Source of the DNA: Octopus sinensis
Taxonomy: Eukaryota
NCBI RefSeq assembly: GCF_006345805.1
Contig: NW_021827569.1
Span: 1 to 27,574, forward strand
Direction: 5' to 3'
Length of the DNA: 27,574 bases
Shown here: piece by piece, positions 22,827 to 27,574 of the stretch
How the letters are laid out: each line of letters begins with the position of its first letter
Position numbering within the stretch: position 1 is the stretch's first letter
The notes under the pieces: model-generated
Told to the model about the DNA's origin: nothing
Database searches by the model: none
What the model saw: only the letters and a program-made list of their open reading frames with translations
Position numbers and translations under genes: made by a program

Positions 22827-23042
22827 TTGATAGTTATAAGTTATGATAGAGATTAATTAATATATCTATTTATTTAGAATGCTTTATTATTATTTTTATA
22901 AAGGAATCTAACGTATTACACTTAATTTAATTTGAGAATTAATTTTTGTTAGACAATATATTATTTAATAAATAGGTGGTATATTTATTAAGTAGTATTA
23001 AATTTAAGTAAATTAGGTTTTATATTAATTGATATTTGGTCA
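22826..23042. repeat. 217-bp exact inverted copy of 27026-27242 inserted in the LINE
   Basis: Base-by-base comparison found no mismatches. Confidence 0.95.
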
Positions 23043-23062
23043 CACAAATAAAGTACAGAGAG

Positions 23063-25161
23063 TTACTTACTTGTGTCGAAAGTTTTGGCTTCCTCGTTCT
23101 TTGATGTGTCTTCGAGGAGGTTTCTATATAGTTTTTGGGACAGATATTTCTGGAACCCCCTACAGCATTGGGAAGAGGGCTTTGAGTTTGTGGTGTGTGT
23201 TTGTGTGATGTGTAGTATTTTGATGTGTTGGGTGGTGTAGTGCGTGGATGATTGCTATTTTTAAGTCATCTTCACAATGTTTGTGTATCCTGTGATGTAC
23301 TCCATTAGTTTGGAGTCTTTTGTGTCTATCGCTGATAGCATTGTTTTTGGGTTTGGTGCTTGTTTTGTTATGTATGGAGTTTTCAGGGTTCAGGTATCTC
23401 CCTGCTTTGGTTGCGATTTCTTGTTTGGTTTTCTTGATCTTTTTCTTTTACCCCTGTGTTATTTGCCATTCTGTCGAACTTTCATCGTTAGATGAAAGTC
23501 TGACGAATCAGCAGGGGCAAGGGTAAAGCGTCTGGGTGTGTTTGTGCGGTTGTAGATATTGTTGTGGTGCGCGGGGAGGGTGTTGCTGGGGGGTTTGTTG
23601 TGGTTATTGTCTCTCCTACATCCTTGGTGCTTGTCTTCTTCGTTGTTATTCTTGGTGTTGGGAATTGGTTTATTTGTTGTTGGTGGTGATGATTCTGTTC
23701 TTGGCGCTAGTGTTGGTGTTGTTTGGTTGGGTTGGCTTGTGTTTGTTGTTTTTCCTGCATTTCCGCATACAGCTTCTTGACTAGCTGTCCATATTGTGGT
23801 GTGGGCAATAATCCTGGCTTTTGTGATTTTTCCTGTGGCTGTTGTTGTTGTTGTAATTTTGCGGCAGATTTGCACTCCTTTTTGAGGTGTGCCTCACTGC
23901 CACATGTATAGCATCGTGGCCTTCTGCCCTCGACTACTACGTATAACTTGCGGCCATCCTCAAGATGTACGTGGGTGGGGATTTTATTATGTCCTCTTGA
24001 CTTATGTGGAAGAGGAACTCTATTCTCTTTCCCAGCCAGTCCTTGTTTTCCGAAACACCGATATCTAGGATGTTTAAGTCCTCCATTTCGGATGTTAGGC
24101 GGATGTTATCCACAGTGTTGTAGTCACTTGGGGGACACCACTGATAATGACTTTCGTCACCTTCTGGCCGAGGTAACTCGGTGTCAACGTTAGTTCATCA
24201 GAATGAAGGGTTATCGTTGAGAATTTCTTCGCCAATTCTTCATTCTGAAAAACCACCTGTACGTGTGCGAACTTGTTCGCCCAAGTCATACAATCCTTGT
24301 ATCCCCAGATGGGGCGTAAGCACTTTTCGACTTTGTCTGTGCTTGCCTTTTCTGGACTTTTTGTTTTTTTTTTGTGATTTTATATACAATTGTCTTTTTT
24401 TTTCCCTCATTCAGTATGTGCTGAGGTATGTGTAAGAGTATTTTTCCGTTTTGATTGTAATAAGGTTTCTGCAATCTTTAATCTGTTGTGTAGTAAACGA
24501 AACTTTTGTTACCTTTTCTTTTATCGCCTCGGCGAAGTTGTTGTTGTTTTGTTATTGTTGTTACTGCCGGTGGTGTTGTTTGATGGCAGGGGTGTGGGTT
24601 GTAGGTTTGTGGTTGCTGATTATGCAACTAGCAAGGGGTGGAATTGCCTGCGTAATTTAGTCCTGCATTAGCGCAATTTCGGCACTTCGTTGCTTGTCGT
24701 CGTTATTTTTTCACTTGTTGGTGATGGAGTGAGCAGTGGTTGAAGGGAATTGTTGTTGTCGTCGTCGTTGTTGTCGTTGTGTTGTTTGTTGTTGTTGTGT
24801 GTTGTTGTTGTTATTGTCGTTCTTGTGACGGCGGTGGTGTTAGTAGTATTAGTAGCATTGACGGCACGGTCTTTGGTGGCGGTGATGGTGGTGTTGGTAT
24901 TGTTATTGGTGGCGATGTCTTTAGTAGGGATAGTAGTTTTAGTAGCAGATTCTGCCATGGTGTTGTTGTCGGTGTTGTTGGTGGACTTACTGATGGTGTT
25001 GACGGTGCTTGGCCTTGCGACCTTTGTTTTGTATTTATTGCTGTTGTCGATGTTGATTGTGGTGGAGTTGTCAGGTTCAGCGTATGCTAACGAGCATCCT
25101 GTTTTTCTGCCTCTGCGTCACGCTTGACTTGCACCTCAGCCTCGTGGTGACCAGTGGCCAT
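23063..25161 (-). pseudogene. LINE ORF1 (gag-like) with a CCHC zinc knuckle and Thr/Pro/Gln low-complexity regions, disrupted
   Basis: ATG at 25161 (MATGHHEAEVQVK...). An RRM-like stretch NKFAHVQVVFQNEELAKKF...KVTKVIISGVP is followed by VVVEGRRPR-CYTCGSEAHLKKEC (23872-23913). There are multiple stops and frameshifts. Confidence 0.8.
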
Positions 25162-25380
25162 TTTGGAAATAAAATGGCTAAATGAAACCACGAAGGCTAT
25201 GAGAATTTTTTTCTTTTAAATTTTGCCAACAAGGGGCAAAATTTTGTGTCGATATTTATCAAAGGTTTACAGTGGATGTTGTTGCACAACTTTTAAGCAC
25301 AAAATATTTGTCAATATACACTTTTGAACGTACAAAGATACCAACTTACGTGGAGCCCATTTGACTTGCGTCTGTCTGTC

Positions 25381-25460
<80 letters not shown>

Positions 25461-25600
25461 GATAGATATAATAGATAGACAGACATGTAGACAGACAGAC
25501 AGACGTTTACCTACATAAATACATACATACATACATACATACATACATACATACATACATACATACATACATACATGCATACATATATACATACATACAT
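25381..25600. repeat. (GATA)n followed by (CATA)n microsatellite
   Basis: Direct reading. Confidence 0.95.
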
Positions 25601-25699
25601 CCATGACTATTCAAACTTACATATATACAAACATGTATAGGTACATACAAATATACATAGATACATATATGCTGAGGATGGAAATGACTAATATTTTAT

Positions 25700-26283
25700 G
25701 AGTTTCACAATGAAGCCATTATACAAATCCCCAAACCGCCAACATTACTCCACCAGTTTATTATGCAACTTCCAGCAAATTGCTACGCAGTCAAAATGGC
25801 CGCTCAGTAGCATGAGTGGTAGCTTATGAAGAAGGACGTCAAAAATGTCTCGTGAACCGTAGACTTTTTGTGAGCCATATAGTGTAATCATCATCCTAGG
25901 CTTCGTACGTTAAATAATAAAAATTTGTTCATTTCAAACGCTACCTACTGGAAAATTGGGTCTCCCCGTTTGCTGTTTATACTAAGAGACCTTAACGAAT
26001 TCGATCATAGCTTCCATTCATCCTTTGGTCAGAGAGATAACCCGTCTCAACACATTTTTTCACTGTTAGCCGTTTGACCATTTTGTCTTAGCGTTTCACC
26101 GCCTTCGTGACGTGAAAAATTAAATTTATCTTTGTATAGAGTCTGATGCGCTCTCCACAAAGGTGTTGCTTCCGTGGATGCGAAACCATCAGTCACTCTA
26201 TGACCAGACCTTAACTTTGTCTTAACACTTACTGATATATTCTTTAGAGTGTGCTTCTTATTCTGATATATGTTATATTGGCA
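25700..26283 (+). mobile_element. Probable PLE 3' end / pLTR
   Basis: Contains a near-canonical hammerhead at 26136-26201 and ends at (TA)n. The 5' boundary is uncertain. Confidence 0.45.
26136..26201 (+). ncRNA. Type I hammerhead ribozyme motif with an A9C core substitution
   Basis: Stem I is ATAGAGT/ACTCTAT (7 bp) and the core is CTGATGC. Stem II is GC..TCCAC/GTGGA.GC, followed by GAAAC-CATCA-GTC with a GUC cleavage triplet. Confidence 0.7.
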
Positions 26284-26314
26284 ATATATATATATATATA
26301 TATATATATAATAA

Positions 26315-26560
26315 TTTGAGGGAATATTATTCCTAACTTACAGGGAAAAATTCAATTTCACAAAATATAAAAAAAATAAAAAAACCACCTTTTATCAAAT
26401 AATAAATAAAACGTATATATTTGGTAGAATAACGACACGTGTTTCGTGGCTATATTTAAGAAATGATTATAGTAAAAAAAATTAATAGTAGTAGTAAAAT
26501 CACTTCGATATAAATATAGCCACTCATCAGTTAAGAATAAACTACAATAATAAAATAATT
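26315..26560 (-). mobile_element. PLE-type terminal repeat with hammerhead
   Basis: Hammerhead at 26430-26533. The terminus is shared with 2615-2735 and is flanked by (TA)n on both sides. Confidence 0.65.
26430..26533 (-). ncRNA. Type I hammerhead motif with long stem II and palindromic stem III
   Basis: The minus strand reads TAA-CTGATGA-GTGGCTATATTTA...TAAATATAGCCAC-GAAACACGTGTC-GTTA. Stem II is 13 bp and perfect, stem III is the palindrome ACACGTGT, and the triplet is GUC. Confidence 0.75.
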
Positions 26561-26605
26561 ATTAATAAAAATACGTAAATAATCTTTAAAATATAAATAA
26601 TTCTT

Positions 26606-26811
<206 letters not shown>

Positions 26812-27574
26812 AGATACTAATATACATTAAGTGAAAACTAAATACAATACTATAAAATTATACAATACTTTAAAATTAATTAATATACACAATGCCATTA
26901 ATACTGTAATCAAAATCAGAAATGGTTCAAATATAGACAAACTCATTAAATAAACTAACTATATAATTATATAATAATATATATTGTAGTTTCTATAGAT
27001 TTACTACATTACTCAGTAATATAGTTGACCAAATATCAATTAATATAAAACCTAATTTACTTAAATTTAATACTACTTAATAAATATACCACCTATTTAT
27101 TAAATAATATATTGTCTAACAAAAATTAATTCTCAAATTAAATTAAGTGTAATACGTTAGATTCCTTTATAAAAATAATAATAAAGCATTCTAAATAAAT
27201 AGATATATTAATTAATCTCTATCATAACTTATAACTATCAATATATATCAAAATGATATAATGCGAAAATTATTTACTAATGAAAAGTAAGAAACATTTT
27301 AAGCTCCTATATTAAAGAAAGGTGCAAAAAAATTGAAAAGATGAACAATATACTATGAAGACATTCAACTACAACCGACAGTCCACTACAAATCCAGTCA
27401 ATAACAATAATAATAATAATAATAATGCCAACAACAATCAAACTCAATATAATACAAGATCGAAATAATATTGATAAACTAACAATATTACGAAGTTTAA
27501 CGATTAAATTAATCTATCTAAATTTTTAAATGTTTAAAAATAGGTTTTAGCGTCTTATTAATATACCCAATGCT
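26812..27574 (+). other. Very AT-rich, possibly decayed PLE ORF N-terminal region (source of the 217-bp insertion)
   Basis: Broken K/N/I-rich frames (e.g. INTVIKIRNGSNIDKLIK, IKPNLLKFNT) loosely resemble PLE N-termini and lie next to a PLE-type repeat. No diagnostic motif is present. Confidence 0.3.

Larger units (their letters stand above)
18997..25210 (-). mobile_element. Near-full-length, inactivated Tx1-like (L1 clade) non-LTR retrotransposon
   Basis: ORF1 has a zinc knuckle, and ORF2 runs APE-RT-CCHC with the GPGYWKLN and QGCPLS motifs typical of L1/Tx1. The 3' UTR ends in AATAAAGAAAC. The 5' end is uncertain and may extend to ~25375. Confidence 0.92.

Noticed and set aside
23277-25127. 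Plus-strand Val/Leu/Cys-rich ORFs that look like membrane proteins
   Set aside because: They are antisense shadows of the low-complexity LINE ORF1.
26812-27574. Mitochondrial insertion (NUMT) or ciliate-code (TAA/TAG=Gln) gene
   Set aside because: No mitochondrial tRNA, rRNA or protein motif is recognisable. TAA-dominated stops are expected at this AT content, and reading through them gives no recognisable protein.

Overview
AT-rich, repeat-dense eukaryotic DNA. The SINE families and very long microsatellites resemble coleoid cephalopod (Octopus-like) sequence; this taxon call is an inference from pattern recognition. No host gene can be called confidently, and most ORFs in the supplied track are microsatellite translations. 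Supported content: (1) a near-full-length but decayed Tx1/L1-clade LINE on the minus strand (~18997-25210). It has a CCHC-knuckle ORF1 and an APE-RT-CCHC ORF2, and its ORF1/ORF2 junction is replaced by a 217-bp exact inverted copy of sequence ~4 kb away (27026-27242) plus a 30-bp tandem duplication. (2) Several Penelope-like element (PLE) ends carrying hammerhead ribozyme motifs (2457-2491 +, 26136-26201 +, 26430-26533 -, degenerate ~10050-10095 -), one with a GIY-YIG remnant and an embedded tRNA-like Pol III module. (3) A mariner transposase fossil. (4) A 330-bp non-autonomous Helitron. (5) Many tRNA-headed SINE copies, two of which end in a tail resembling the LINE 3' end. (6) Several fold-back palindromes. 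Boundaries and identities were read by eye and are approximate unless stated as exact.
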